Below, piece after piece: positions 1 to 9,455 of a stretch of 56,765 nt of DNA. Each line of letters opens with the position of its first letter. The first letter of the stretch is position 1. A model generated the notes under the pieces. The model was not told the DNA's origin. It did not search any database and was given only the letters and a program-made list of their open reading frames with translations. A program made the position numbers and the translations under genes. Source of the stretch: Candidatus Doudnabacteria bacterium CG10_big_fil_rev_8_21_14_0_10_41_10 (GTDB taxonomy: Bacteria; Patescibacteriota; Doudnabacteria; UBA920; 2-01-FULL-50-11); assembly GCA_002773695.1 (NCBI GenBank), contig PFAJ01000006.1:1-56765 (forward strand), in the 5' to 3' direction.

Positions 1-195
1 CGAAGTCTTACAAGAACAATTAAGTAGTGCGCTAAATTCCTGAGTACAAATTGTGACCAAAAGCCATGCCACGAGGTCATTTAAACTCCCCCTCCATCGG
101 AGATCGTCGTCGGTTCTTACATCGAAATGCAGGACCGAGACAAACCCCTTCCCCTGGGAATGACGCACAAAGATATCAACCCTCTTTCTTCGCAT
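1..195 (-). CDS. hypothetical protein, N-terminal part only (gene runs off the left edge)
   Basis: Absent from the ORF track because no stop is reached. ATG at 193-195 (minus) follows AAAGGAGG (201-208) by 5 nt. The frame stays open for all 65 codons to base 1 (MRRKRVDIFVRHSQGKGFVSVLHFDVRTDDDLRW...). No family recognised. Confidence 0.4.
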   Translation of the reverse strand, partial: MRRKRVDIFVRHSQGKGFVSVLHFDVRTDDDLRWRGSLNDLVAWLLVTICTQEFSALLNCSCKTS

Positions 196-221
196 CACAG
201 CCTCCTTTGCTGAAACAATAT

Positions 222-248
222 ATTATAAATTTTTATACTGTTTGTCAA
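222..248 (-). promoter_or_regulatory. sigma70-like promoter candidate for the partial CDS at 1-195
   Basis: On the minus strand, TTGACA (248-243) is followed after 15 nt by TATAAT (227-222), or TAATAT with a 17-nt spacer. It lies about 25 nt upstream of the AAAGGAGG ribosome site. Confidence 0.4.
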
Positions 249-321
249 CCATATAGCCCACGGGTGTCAAAAACCGACAGCTAGCGCGATTGCGCAGACT
301 GCCGGTATTTTTTTCTGAATT

Positions 322-362
322 CTGGATCCCGGATATCCTCCTCAAGCGGATTCCGGGATGAC
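322..362. repeat. REP-like hairpin, CTGGATCCCGGAT...TCCGGGATGAC family
   Basis: ATCCCGGA / TCCGGGAT 8-bp inverted repeat. The same termini recur at 1449-1504, and a reversed partial copy is at 53345-53357. Confidence 0.6.
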
Positions 363-370
363 ATGAGTAT

Positions 371-401
371 AAACGGCTCACTTGAGCCGTTTGTATTTTT
401 T
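371..401 (+). terminator. hairpin plus T-run (terminator-like, possibly bidirectional)
   Basis: AAACGGCTCA ct TGAGCCGTTT followed by GTATTTTTTG on the + strand. It lies 20 nt beyond the stop of the minus-strand GT2 gene, where only an A-tract precedes it, so strand assignment is uncertain. Confidence 0.35.
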
Positions 402-420
402 GTAATATATTCAATAAATC

Positions 421-1398
421 TCAATTGCCGTGATAGCTGGTTTTGTCTTTGTCATTCATCCAGCCGCGGTAGTCATTTAAAATTTCCTTACGAACGAATT
501 TTGGACGATTTTTTACTTCCTCAAAAATCCTGGCAATGTATTCACCGATTATCGAAAGAGACAAAAGTTGGACCGAGCCTAAAAACAAAATCGCAACCAG
601 AGTCGTCATAAATCCGCGCGGGGCCGGGACAAAAAAATTCAAAATCACATAAAATATAATTGCGGCGGCAGACAACCCGGTAATAAACATCGCAAAAAAT
701 GAAATCATTTCAAGCGGTTTATAGGAAAAAGAAAATATCCCAAGCTTCGCCCAGTAAACGTTGCCCATAAAAGACAGGTTAGTTTCGCCTGAAAATCGCT
801 CTAAGCGCTTGTAAGGGATTCCTATTGTCTTGTAGCCGGTGTATGCCCTCATCCCCCGAATAAACCGGCCCTGCTCCGGCATAGCGTTTAGAGCGTTGAT
901 AACCTTACGGTCAGAAATCGCAAAGTCGGACGCATCTAGCGGCATTTTGACAACGGAAAGCGCCGCAAAAATTCGGTAGAAAATTTTATAAAAAATCCGG
1001 CGCACCAAACTTCCCTCGCGAGCGGTACGAGCGCCATAGACAATATCGTAGCCTTCCAGCCATTTTTTTACCAAATCCGGAAACATTTCCGGCGGATCTT
1101 GGATATCTCCATCCAAAGTAATCGCCGCGTCACCGGTGCAATAGGAAAGGCCGGAGGTGTAGGCGTTCTGGCCGCCAAAATTCCGCGGATGAGTGATAAC
1201 AACCAAGCGCTTGTCTTTTTCGGCAATTTCTTTTAACCGGTCGTACGCATCATCGGGACTAGCATCGTTTACATAAACCAGCTCCCAGTTGGGAGTTATT
1301 TTTTCCATCTGCTCGGTAACGCGACGGTACATTTCTTTTACCGACCCACCGTCGTTGTAGCAGATGACTACGACTGAAATTTTTTTATCTGTAAGCAT
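421..1398 (-). CDS. family 2 glycosyltransferase, polyprenyl-phosphate sugar transferase type (ArnC/DPM1-like)
   Basis: 325-aa ORF with an N-terminal GT-A fold (ISVVVICYNDG, DxD-type LDGDIQD) and two C-terminal TM helices. Confidence 0.85.
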   Translation of the reverse strand: MLTDKKISVVVICYNDGGSVKEMYRRVTEQMEKITPNWELVYVNDASPDDAYDRLKEIAEKDKRLVVITHPRNFGGQNAYTSGLSYCTGDAAITLDGDIQDPPEMFPDLVKKWLEGYDIVYGARTAREGSLVRRIFYKIFYRIFAALSVVKMPLDASDFAISDRKVINALNAMPEQGRFIRGMRAYTGYKTIGIPYKRLERFSGETNLSFMGNVYWAKLGIFSFSYKPLEMISFFAMFITGLSAAAIIFYVILNFFVPAPRGFMTTLVAILFLGSVQLLSLSIIGEYIARIFEEVKNRPKFVRKEILNDYRGWMNDKDKTSYHGN

Positions 1399-1519
1399 AT
1401 TCTTGTCATCCTGAACTTAATTCAGGATCCAGACTAATTTTTCAAAAACTGGATCCCGGATTACCCTCGTCCGTCTTAGGCGGACTCGTAGCTTCCGGGA
1501 TGACCCGCCGCGGCGGGTC
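1399..1519. repeat. intergenic cluster of four hairpins (REP-like)
   Basis: ATCCTGAA..TTCAGGAT; ATCCCGGA...TCCGGGAT enclosing GTCCG tcttagg CGGAC; GACCCGCC gc GGCGGGTC, which touches the stop codon of the ThDP gene. It shares its termini with 322-362. Confidence 0.6.
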
Positions 1520-3347
1520 AATTTATCTCTGCTGATTTATCTTTCCCTTCTTCGTCCAAGGGCTTTATAATCATATTCTTATAAAACTCATCCCTTGGTA
1601 ACAATGGTACCATATCTTCTATTGGTTTTGAAATATAGCGCTGCCCATCTTCTGATTTTACCGCGACTAGTTTTGGTATCAATTTCTGAGCAGTATCTAA
1701 TATCACATCGACTAGTACCGGGCCTTTTGTGTTCAAAACTTTATCCAATTTCTCCGGCAATTCGTCGTGGCTTCGAATTGTTTCAGTTTTAATGCCGTAC
1801 GCCTCCGCCACTTTTATAAAATCCGGCATACTGTACCCGGTTTCCGGAACAGTCCCTTCATAACGTCCCTCGAAATAAACTTCTTGGAATTGTTTAATTA
1901 TCCCATATGAATGATTATTTAAAATAAATATTTTTATCGGCAAACCGTAATGTTTGATGGTTTGGAGTTCTTGAATGTTCATCTGGAACCCTCCGTCACC
2001 ATCGATACAATAAATATTTTTATCTAAAGCGGCAAACGACGCGCCAATTGCGGCAGGGAGCGCGTATCCCATCGGAGAGTTGCCAAAAGCCGAAAATAGC
2101 ATTTGGTCTTTTTTTGTCTGGAACGCCTGAATCGTCCATGTTAAATTTCCTCCCTGGTCAGAAACCACGATATCGCCTTCTTTTAGTCTGTCAGATAAGG
2201 CCTTTATAAAAACGTATGAATTCACAGAACCACTTTGTTCACTATACTCTGGCAATACCGCAGGGTATTTTTTCTTCCAGTCAATTGTTTTTTTCACCCA
2301 CGAACCAAAATCAGGCGTGGCTTTTGAAGTAAAATTTTGATTAAGCGCGATTAAATAATCTTTCACGTTTGCCTCAACCGATAAATCGGCAACCACCCAA
2401 TTTTTATTTAGCTCTCCCGCATCAATATCACAAACGATTTTATAGGCTTCCCGAGCAAAAGTCTTTGGCTGTCCGCCGGTTTGGCGAGTATCAAGCCGCG
2501 ACCCAAGAGAAATAACAAGATCAGCGTTTTGAACGGCGAAATTGGCCGCTCGGCTTCCATAGACACCATACTGTCCGACAAGTAACGGATGTTCAAACGG
2601 TAAAATATCAATACCGCTCCAAGTGGACACAATCGGCGCTTTTAACTTTTCAATAAATTCGAAAAAATCTTTTTTCGCCCGTCCCAACTTGATTCCAGCG
2701 CCCACGATCATTACCGGTCGTTTGGCTTTTTTTATCGCTTCAAAAGTTTTCTTTATAACTTCTTTTTCAACAGTCAATTGTTTTTCACCAAGTTCTTTCG
2801 GGTCAAAACTTTCCAGTTTTTTTGGGTCAATCTCCGCGTGCTGAACATTCATCGGTAAATCTATCCAAGTCGGGCCGGGACGACCAGAGCGTGCCAAGTA
2901 TACTGCTTTATCCAAAAAATATTTTATTTTCTGTGGATCATCTACCATTACTGCAAATTTTGTAATCGGTCGGACAATATCTATAATATCAGTCTCCTGA
3001 AAACCAAACTGTCGGATTTTATGTTTACCTTTGGTTTCCCAAGTATTTACCTGTCCGGTTATAAAAAGCGAAGGAATCGAATCAAAATAAGAACACAATG
3101 TTCCGGTTATAAAATTGGTCGCGCCGGGACCCGAGGTTGCGACTCCAACAGCAAAATTATCCGTAACGCGAGAGTAGCCGTCCATAGCCATTGCAGCTGC
3201 CTGCTCATGTTGCATACAAATATAATTTATTTGTTTATTTTTCCCGAGCGAATCGACAATATGCGCAGCCGCTCCTCCGGTTACCAAAAATGGGTGCTTT
3301 ACACCCAAATCAGCTATATACTGCGCTAAATAATCTGTCAATTTCAT
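1518..3347 (-). CDS. thiamine-diphosphate-dependent enzyme, acetolactate-synthase large-subunit family (YerE-like context)
   Basis: 609-aa ORF with a three-domain ALS-like layout. ThDP motif GDGGFQMNIQELQT...ILNNHSYG. It sits adjacent to an RfbH-like sugar dehydratase. Confidence 0.8.
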   Translation of the reverse strand: MKLTDYLAQYIADLGVKHPFLVTGGAAAHIVDSLGKNKQINYICMQHEQAAAMAMDGYSRVTDNFAVGVATSGPGATNFITGTLCSYFDSIPSLFITGQVNTWETKGKHKIRQFGFQETDIIDIVRPITKFAVMVDDPQKIKYFLDKAVYLARSGRPGPTWIDLPMNVQHAEIDPKKLESFDPKELGEKQLTVEKEVIKKTFEAIKKAKRPVMIVGAGIKLGRAKKDFFEFIEKLKAPIVSTWSGIDILPFEHPLLVGQYGVYGSRAANFAVQNADLVISLGSRLDTRQTGGQPKTFAREAYKIVCDIDAGELNKNWVVADLSVEANVKDYLIALNQNFTSKATPDFGSWVKKTIDWKKKYPAVLPEYSEQSGSVNSYVFIKALSDRLKEGDIVVSDQGGNLTWTIQAFQTKKDQMLFSAFGNSPMGYALPAAIGASFAALDKNIYCIDGDGGFQMNIQELQTIKHYGLPIKIFILNNHSYGIIKQFQEVYFEGRYEGTVPETGYSMPDFIKVAEAYGIKTETIRSHDELPEKLDKVLNTKGPVLVDVILDTAQKLIPKLVAVKSEDGQRYISKPIEDMVPLLPRDEFYKNMIIKPLDEEGKDKSAEIN

Positions 3348-3428
3348 ATACCTATAAAATTTACTCTTTTTAAGACTTACGGGATTGAGCCAAGTTCAGA
3401 AACCCTCCCCCACAAAAGGGAAAAGAAT

Positions 3429-4718
3429 TTATTCTAACCGCATTATATTAATTACTCGATCAAACGATTGGTTGACTTCCTCACGCATCTTCTCTACCGC
3501 TTTTATGTTGGCCAATCGCAAATATTCTTCAAATTTTTCAATAACATAATCCACCATTTCGTCGCTCATTCCGTGATGACACCCGATAAGAAAACTATTC
3601 TTCATTATGTAATCAGAATTTTTTAAATCCCCAATCACTCTGCGATCGATATTTTTATAAGCTTTGTGTTTCAAAATATTCCCGGAAAATAACGGCCTAG
3701 TCTGAATTTTACTGTCTTCCAAATGTTTGACTAAGTCTTTTTTTATAACTGAGGAGTTTTCTTTGACAGTCAAAGGGAAAGCCAGCAAATAAACTTCTGC
3801 TTCGGGGTGCAATTCCGGAGTAATAAAATGATTTTTATGCTGAACAAAGAAATCTTGCAACCGCTGGATATTTTTTCTCCTTGTGAGATTGAAGCTTGGA
3901 AGTTTTTTAAGTTGCTCCAATCCGAACGCCGCCTGGATTTCTACCCCTTTAAAATTATGTGTTTGTTTAACATATGTAAATTTGCTATCAAACTCTACAT
4001 CGTCAACTTTTTCTGAAAATCGTCGCTCCAAATCTTCGTCATTTGATTCCGGCAACGCGCTTCCCCAATTGGTTAACATTCGAGCTTCTTTGATTTGCTC
4101 CAAATCATCAACCATTACCATACCCCCGCCGCCAGCCGCGGTCATGTTGTGCGCGGCATAAAAACTGGTGGTAACAATATCTGAAAATTCCCCTGTTGGC
4201 CTGCCTGCAAATCGGCAGCCGATCGTATCGCACGCGTCTTCTATTAAAATTAAATTATAGCGGTCACAAATCTGACGCAAACGTCGCATGTCGTTTACAT
4301 TCCCAATGGCATGCGAGATAAAAATTGCCTTGGTCTTATCTGATATCGCTTGCTCAATTTGACTGACATCAATGTTGTATGTCCCAATTTTCGAGTCAAC
4401 AAAAACCGGAACAAATCCTTTTTGCACTATTGGAGATAAAGTTGCGGGAAAAGTGCAGGCTTGGGTTATAACTTCAGAGCCTTTGGGAAGATTTGCGATA
4501 TCGAGTGCCAAAAAATTGGCGCTGGTTCCGGAGTTTACAAACAACCCATAATGCTTGCCAAACATCGCAGATACTTTTTTCTCGAATTCTTCGGTGTATT
4601 TAGCGGGACCCAGCCAGCCCTCACGCAAAGCGTTCGATACCGCGGTAATTTCTTCCTCGCCAAAAACGGCTCTCGCAAAGTAAACCCTGTCTATTCCCTT
4701 TCGAAATGGGTTATTCAT
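3429..4718 (-). CDS. RfbH/DdhC (E1)-like PLP/PMP-dependent 4-keto-6-deoxy-sugar 3-dehydratase, DegT family
   Basis: 429-aa ORF with DKTKAIFISHAIGN, YNLILIEDACDTIG and C-terminal RVIGDLKNSDYIMKNSFLIG. SFYAAHNMTAAGGGG carries His where DegT aminotransferases have the Schiff-base Lys. Confidence 0.75.
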   Translation of the reverse strand: MNNPFRKGIDRVYFARAVFGEEEITAVSNALREGWLGPAKYTEEFEKKVSAMFGKHYGLFVNSGTSANFLALDIANLPKGSEVITQACTFPATLSPIVQKGFVPVFVDSKIGTYNIDVSQIEQAISDKTKAIFISHAIGNVNDMRRLRQICDRYNLILIEDACDTIGCRFAGRPTGEFSDIVTTSFYAAHNMTAAGGGGMVMVDDLEQIKEARMLTNWGSALPESNDEDLERRFSEKVDDVEFDSKFTYVKQTHNFKGVEIQAAFGLEQLKKLPSFNLTRRKNIQRLQDFFVQHKNHFITPELHPEAEVYLLAFPLTVKENSSVIKKDLVKHLEDSKIQTRPLFSGNILKHKAYKNIDRRVIGDLKNSDYIMKNSFLIGCHHGMSDEMVDYVIEKFEEYLRLANIKAVEKMREEVNQSFDRVINIMRLE

Positions 4719-4769
4719 GAGATTTTATAAACTTACGTCTATTCATATTAACATGGAAATCTAAAGAGT

Positions 4770-5510
4770 TCAATCCTGATCTTTCTTCAAAAAACCGGTA
4801 GAAAAAGTAAACAAACGGTCTGGCAACAGAAGTGATAGTCGGAATAAAAACGTCGACAGGAAAGGAAAGAAAAATGTTCCCGACTTCTTTTGAAAAACCG
4901 AGATTATAAAATCAGCCGCTTCCCCTGCCGGGCGGATCAAAAACGATTTTGACCCGGCCCATAACCGAGTCCGAATCGGACCGAAATGCACTGTGTTAAA
5001 ATTTATCCCTTTGTTTGGATATTTGAGTCGCAAGCCACGAAAGGCCATAGACAACGCCGCTTTGCTAGCGGGATAGGCAACACTTTTTAGTCCGGGTCGA
5101 TAGGCAGATGTCGAAGATATCGCAATTATGCTTCCGGATTTACGAGTAAAAAAATTCGGTAGAAATTCTGAAACCCAAAACATCGCCCCTGTTACATTTA
5201 AATCAAACGTCTTTTCAAAAGCGTATAAATCCAGTCCGGCTTTGGTATCCTCGATATGATCTCCGGCGTTAAGAATAATAATATCCGGAATAAAATTTTC
5301 ATCCCGGAGTTTCTTTACGGTAGCAGCCATATCGCTTTTATCTAACAAATCGCACTCCGATACTTTTAATTTACCTCCAACTTCTTGTTTCAGTTTTTCG
5401 AGCAATTCTATACGGCGCGCGATTCCCCATACCTCGTGCCCTTGTCCAACCAGTTTCTTTGTAAGCTCTCTCCCGATACCGGAAGAAACCCCGGTTATAA
5501 ATATTTTCAT
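4770..5510 (-). CDS. short-chain dehydrogenase/reductase (SDR)
   Basis: 246-aa ORF with the TGVSSGIGRE dinucleotide motif and the YPASK (YxxxK) catalytic motif. The start overlaps the upstream stop (ATGA). Confidence 0.85.
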   Translation of the reverse strand: MKIFITGVSSGIGRELTKKLVGQGHEVWGIARRIELLEKLKQEVGGKLKVSECDLLDKSDMAATVKKLRDENFIPDIIILNAGDHIEDTKAGLDLYAFEKTFDLNVTGAMFWVSEFLPNFFTRKSGSIIAISSTSAYRPGLKSVAYPASKAALSMAFRGLRLKYPNKGINFNTVHFGPIRTRLWAGSKSFLIRPAGEAADFIISVFQKKSGTFFFPFLSTFLFRLSLLLPDRLFTFSTGFLKKDQD

Positions 5511-6838
5511 TTAGTTAAATTTCTCTGATTCAATAAATATAAAATTCCGAAGCTGAAAAACATTATGTAGAAAGGATAAATAGGCAAAGCGTATCTTGGG
5601 ATGCCATGGAGCGCTGAATAAACCGCGATCATATATACCAATATCGTGTAAATCGGAATCAACTCCCTCCAACTTCTCCTCGACTGTATAATAGCGTAAA
5701 TAACGATTCCAAAAAATACCCAGTAAGCTAGCCTGACCCCTAAAATAATTAGCGCTTTAACCGCTTCTGGCAAGTTTTGATATTTTGAAGGGTCTGAAAA
5801 CAACCCTTGAACACTGTTAAACGGAAAAATAGGTGCATGCATTTTTAAAAATTCTATTGGGGGGACCACTAGCAAGTATCGCAACGGAGCGTCTTTGATT
5901 TCATTCATTGCTATCCTTCCAACCTCGTCATTTATTTCCTGTTGGCTCAACCCAAAATTATCAAGCTCTGTTAGTTTTTGACCATAATCTCCTTCCTCTA
6001 TTTCAAATCGATTGTATTCACCAAACATTTTCTGTGCAAAATAGTCACCCAGGATGTTTGCGACAAATACTTTCGGTAGATCAGAATCTTTTATCCGCAA
6101 TCTTTGCACCGCGAAAAATATTGTGGGGCCGGACTGAGTTGAAATAGCAAATTCGTCAAAATGTTTTTTGTTTCTAATCATCCATGGCGCGACAACCGCT
6201 CCAAACACTAAAATAAATACCAATCCTCCCAATAAACTTTGTTTCAGTTTTTTTCTGCCAACAACCAAAATGACGACTATCAAAAAAATCGGTAAGTACA
6301 AAGTCACCGAACGAGTTAGCGTTGCCATGCCAAGAATTAATCCGGCTATGCCATACATCCACAATTTATCTGTTTTCAAACTTGAAACCAATAAGTGAAC
6401 AAAACCCAACAATAACAAGGTAAACAAAATTTCTGTAAATACCATGCCGGCATGCATAGCGAGCGGATAATAAAGCGCTACGATTATCGCTGTCAGACGA
6501 GCTAACAATTCTTTTTGAAATATAGCCTTTGCTAGAAAATAAGAAACCAAACAAATCCCAACAAAAAGTAAAATTTGGATTGTGTAAACAACATTTACAT
6601 TGGGCCCGAAGATAGTATAGATTGCGGCTAAAAAAAATGGATATCCAGGGTCACGACGGGAATTTAACTGGCCATTGTCGGAAAAAGTTCTGTCTTCCAC
6701 TAAAGAATTTGCTAAGTTGCTGTAATGGAGCCCGTCACCTAATAATTCTTGGTCCCAAAAGAATAACGAAAAAAAACCGGCCACTAAAAATGCGATAACA
6801 ATTAAAACTATTAAATAATTTTTTTGAGATAACGGCAT
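5507..6838 (-). CDS. GT-C type membrane glycosyltransferase (ArnT/PMT-like)
   Basis: 443-aa ORF with about 10 or more hydrophobic helices. A DPGYPFF-type motif follows the first helix, as in GT39/GT83 enzymes. Confidence 0.55.
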   Translation of the reverse strand: MPLSQKNYLIVLIVIAFLVAGFFSLFFWDQELLGDGLHYSNLANSLVEDRTFSDNGQLNSRRDPGYPFFLAAIYTIFGPNVNVVYTIQILLFVGICLVSYFLAKAIFQKELLARLTAIIVALYYPLAMHAGMVFTEILFTLLLLGFVHLLVSSLKTDKLWMYGIAGLILGMATLTRSVTLYLPIFLIVVILVVGRKKLKQSLLGGLVFILVFGAVVAPWMIRNKKHFDEFAISTQSGPTIFFAVQRLRIKDSDLPKVFVANILGDYFAQKMFGEYNRFEIEEGDYGQKLTELDNFGLSQQEINDEVGRIAMNEIKDAPLRYLLVVPPIEFLKMHAPIFPFNSVQGLFSDPSKYQNLPEAVKALIILGVRLAYWVFFGIVIYAIIQSRRSWRELIPIYTILVYMIAVYSALHGIPRYALPIYPFYIMFFSFGILYLLNQRNLTK

Positions 6839-6850
6839 AACTTACTCAAA

Positions 6851-7591
6851 TCAAACTTTCTTGGCGACAACCACAATATTAGCGCCCAATCGACGAAGAA
6901 TTGGAATCCTGCTTAAAATTTTATCAATGGCCAAACAGGTTGGATACACAATTGATTTAAAAGGTATATATTTTTGAAAATTAATAACGTCTGGGAAGCC
7001 AAAAAAAGTGTAGGCTAGATAGCCCATATATCGGACATCTACAATCTCCAAATCCTTTCCAACCAGATTCAGCATTTCAGATTTGGAAAAATTTTGGTGA
7101 GTTTCTGAAAAATGTTCGCTTTTTTTTCTCATCATCTCGCGAGGGATAGAAGTAACTATATTTTTTAAGGTATCCGCAAAAATAACTTTGCCGCCAGGCT
7201 TTAACACTCTAGCGACCTCTTTGACCGCCACCTCTGGATTCTGCAGGTGGTGCAAGAGACTACGGCAAAAAATAGTATCGAAGTGGCTATTATTAAATGG
7301 GAGAGACTCCGCGCTACCTTGATGAACCTCGGTTAGCCTTTTGGTTGCGTATTTTAACATCTTTTCTGACAAATCTAATCCAATAATTTTTTTATCTCTC
7401 AAAACCTCACCCAAATGACCACTGCCACAACCATTGTCTAAAATCAACCCTTCTGGCTTAACTAAATTCACTAGCTGTTTAAAAAACCAAAGTTGATAAC
7501 GACGAGAGTACGGCAAAGTAAACCTTACCCCTTCGTAAAAATCAGAAACGAAGTCTTGGATCTCTTGTTCTTTTGCTAATCTACTGTCCAT
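6851..7591 (-). CDS. class I SAM-dependent methyltransferase
   Basis: 246-aa ORF with ILDNGCGSGHLG (motif I) and VLKPGGKVIFAD. TAATG overlap with the upstream gene. Confidence 0.85.
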   Translation of the reverse strand: MDSRLAKEQEIQDFVSDFYEGVRFTLPYSRRYQLWFFKQLVNLVKPEGLILDNGCGSGHLGEVLRDKKIIGLDLSEKMLKYATKRLTEVHQGSAESLPFNNSHFDTIFCRSLLHHLQNPEVAVKEVARVLKPGGKVIFADTLKNIVTSIPREMMRKKSEHFSETHQNFSKSEMLNLVGKDLEIVDVRYMGYLAYTFFGFPDVINFQKYIPFKSIVYPTCLAIDKILSRIPILRRLGANIVVVAKKV

Positions 7592-8565
7592 TATTTAGAA
7601 AATTTTAATATCGCCGCCGAGATAACCGAAAAAATTATCTGCATTAATATAGTTAAAATATGCAATGCAACGCTGAGTGCCACTGCCAAATCTAAACCAA
7701 ATCCGAGAGCGCTCAATCCAAACACCCACCCGGCCTCTACCGTGCCAAAATTGCCAATGGTGCCGATTGGGATCAAAGACGCTATTGGCGGAAATGAGGT
7801 AATAAAAACTGCCGGCCAGTAATCAATGAAATATCCTAGCGAATTTAAAAACATTGCGGTAATGCCGTATAAAAGGGCCCAACTAACCATTGACACTAGC
7901 AAGGTCTTTCCAAAAACTTTCCAATCTTTTAAAACTAATAAGGAATCGGATAATTCTCGCCAACGCTGCAATATTTTTTCCGACAGCTCTTGCTTCCGTA
8001 TTAACAGGCGAGTAAAAAATTTAATCACCGAACCAATTTTTTCTGTGGCAAATAACAAGATTATCACCACTAAAAACAAAAAAAATAATACTGCAAAAGC
8101 GCTAACAACAATCGAGTCGAGTTCTTTTATTTTTTCGGGAAAGACAACCACCAGCGAAACAATTAAACTTATCACCACAGCGAAAAAATCCATTATCCTC
8201 GCCAACATTAAAGCAGAAATATTTTTAGAAATATGTGTTTTTCCGTCTTTGTTTATTAAATACACAAAGCTAAATTCCCCACTACGGAACGGTAAAATAC
8301 CACTTAGAAAAAAATGAATAAATCCGACATTAACAAGTCGAAAAAGCCCTACTGAACGCAAACCTAGCAACTGATATCGATAAGCGCGAAGTATAGTGCT
8401 TACTAAATACAACCCAATAACTGGTAAAAGCCAGACAAGGTTTATATTGTTGAAAAAATCCCTAAATGAAATGGTAGGAAACTGAATTACAACTAAATAA
8501 ACAAGCAGGGCGGTAATCCCCGCTGAAACAATCAATTTAAAAATTTTGTGTTTAAAAAAAATCAC
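7591..8565 (-). CDS. flippase-like / lysyl-PG-synthase-TM-region (UPF0104) family membrane protein
   Basis: 324-aa ORF with about 8 TM helices and no soluble domain. It sits between a GT2 and a methyltransferase, as in lipid-carrier glycan loci. Confidence 0.5.
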   Translation of the reverse strand: MIFFKHKIFKLIVSAGITALLVYLVVIQFPTISFRDFFNNINLVWLLPVIGLYLVSTILRAYRYQLLGLRSVGLFRLVNVGFIHFFLSGILPFRSGEFSFVYLINKDGKTHISKNISALMLARIMDFFAVVISLIVSLVVVFPEKIKELDSIVVSAFAVLFFLFLVVIILLFATEKIGSVIKFFTRLLIRKQELSEKILQRWRELSDSLLVLKDWKVFGKTLLVSMVSWALLYGITAMFLNSLGYFIDYWPAVFITSFPPIASLIPIGTIGNFGTVEAGWVFGLSALGFGLDLAVALSVALHILTILMQIIFSVISAAILKFSK

Positions 8566-8574
8566 TTTTGTATA

Positions 8575-9435
8575 CTACTCCGACCCTCGACGGTTAATCA
8601 AATCTGCCAATAAACCCAAAATCGCTACTTGCACAAACCCAATAAATAACATAATTGATTTATCGCCGACATTGTCTATCACAAAAATATCATAAGCCAA
8701 AGACATAATGCTTGCAAAAAAGAAAACACCTGCCAATGGAATGAAAATCTTTAAAGGATTATAAAATAAAATCATCCTCAAAACCAAAGTAAGATAATTG
8801 ATCGCGTCGGAAAAAGGTCGGACTTTAGATTTTCCGGCACGTTTATAATAGTCGATTGGAACATATTTTACACGGTACCCGTCTGATAAAAAAGCGAGAG
8901 TGATATTGCTAGTTAAAGAAAAACCATTCGGTAGCAATCTAAAATATTTTTTTGCCAGATCTTTTTTAAAAACTCGTAAACCTGAATTCAAGTCTGGAAT
9001 TTTATAATCAGCCAAATAATTAGCCAACATATGAATCGGCCATTTTACAAGGCGTTTTAAAAGACTGTGGTGAACAGTTTTTCCGTTACGCGCACCAACC
9101 ACCATATCATGGTGCTCCATATTATCTAAAAGCTCTGGAATTCTGTCGGCAGGATAAGTATTGTCAGCATCAATGATTAAAATATTTTCATAAATAGCTG
9201 ACTTTATCCCGGTTTTAATAGCCGCACCATACCCGCGGTTACTGTTATGGTTTATAATTTTGGCATACGAAAATTGTTTTAGTACCTCTTCGGTTTTATC
9301 AGTCGATCCGTCGTTTACCGTAATTATTTCCCACTGGCCCGGAATATTTTCCAAAACATGTTTAACTTGATCGATTCCTTTGGCTCCTCCTTTTTCTTCA
9401 TTGTAAACCGGGATTACTACCGAAATGTTAGACAT
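8575..9435 (-). CDS. family 2 glycosyltransferase, polyprenyl-phosphate sugar transferase type
   Basis: 286-aa ORF with SVVIPVYNEE, VNDGSTD and IIDADNTY (DxD), plus two C-terminal TM helices. Confidence 0.85.
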   Translation of the reverse strand: MSNISVVIPVYNEEKGGAKGIDQVKHVLENIPGQWEIITVNDGSTDKTEEVLKQFSYAKIINHNSNRGYGAAIKTGIKSAIYENILIIDADNTYPADRIPELLDNMEHHDMVVGARNGKTVHHSLLKRLVKWPIHMLANYLADYKIPDLNSGLRVFKKDLAKKYFRLLPNGFSLTSNITLAFLSDGYRVKYVPIDYYKRAGKSKVRPFSDAINYLTLVLRMILFYNPLKIFIPLAGVFFFASIMSLAYDIFVIDNVGDKSIMLFIGFVQVAILGLLADLINRRGSE

Positions 9436-9455
9436 TTTTTCGTGCTTACTAATAA

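Noticed and set aside
66-611. ORFs 66-284 (+), 223-414 (-) and 363-611 (+).
   Set aside because: 66-284 is antisense to the better-supported partial CDS at 1-195 with its strong ribosome site. 223-414 covers promoter, REP hairpin and terminator sequence. 363-611 is antisense to the GT2 gene.
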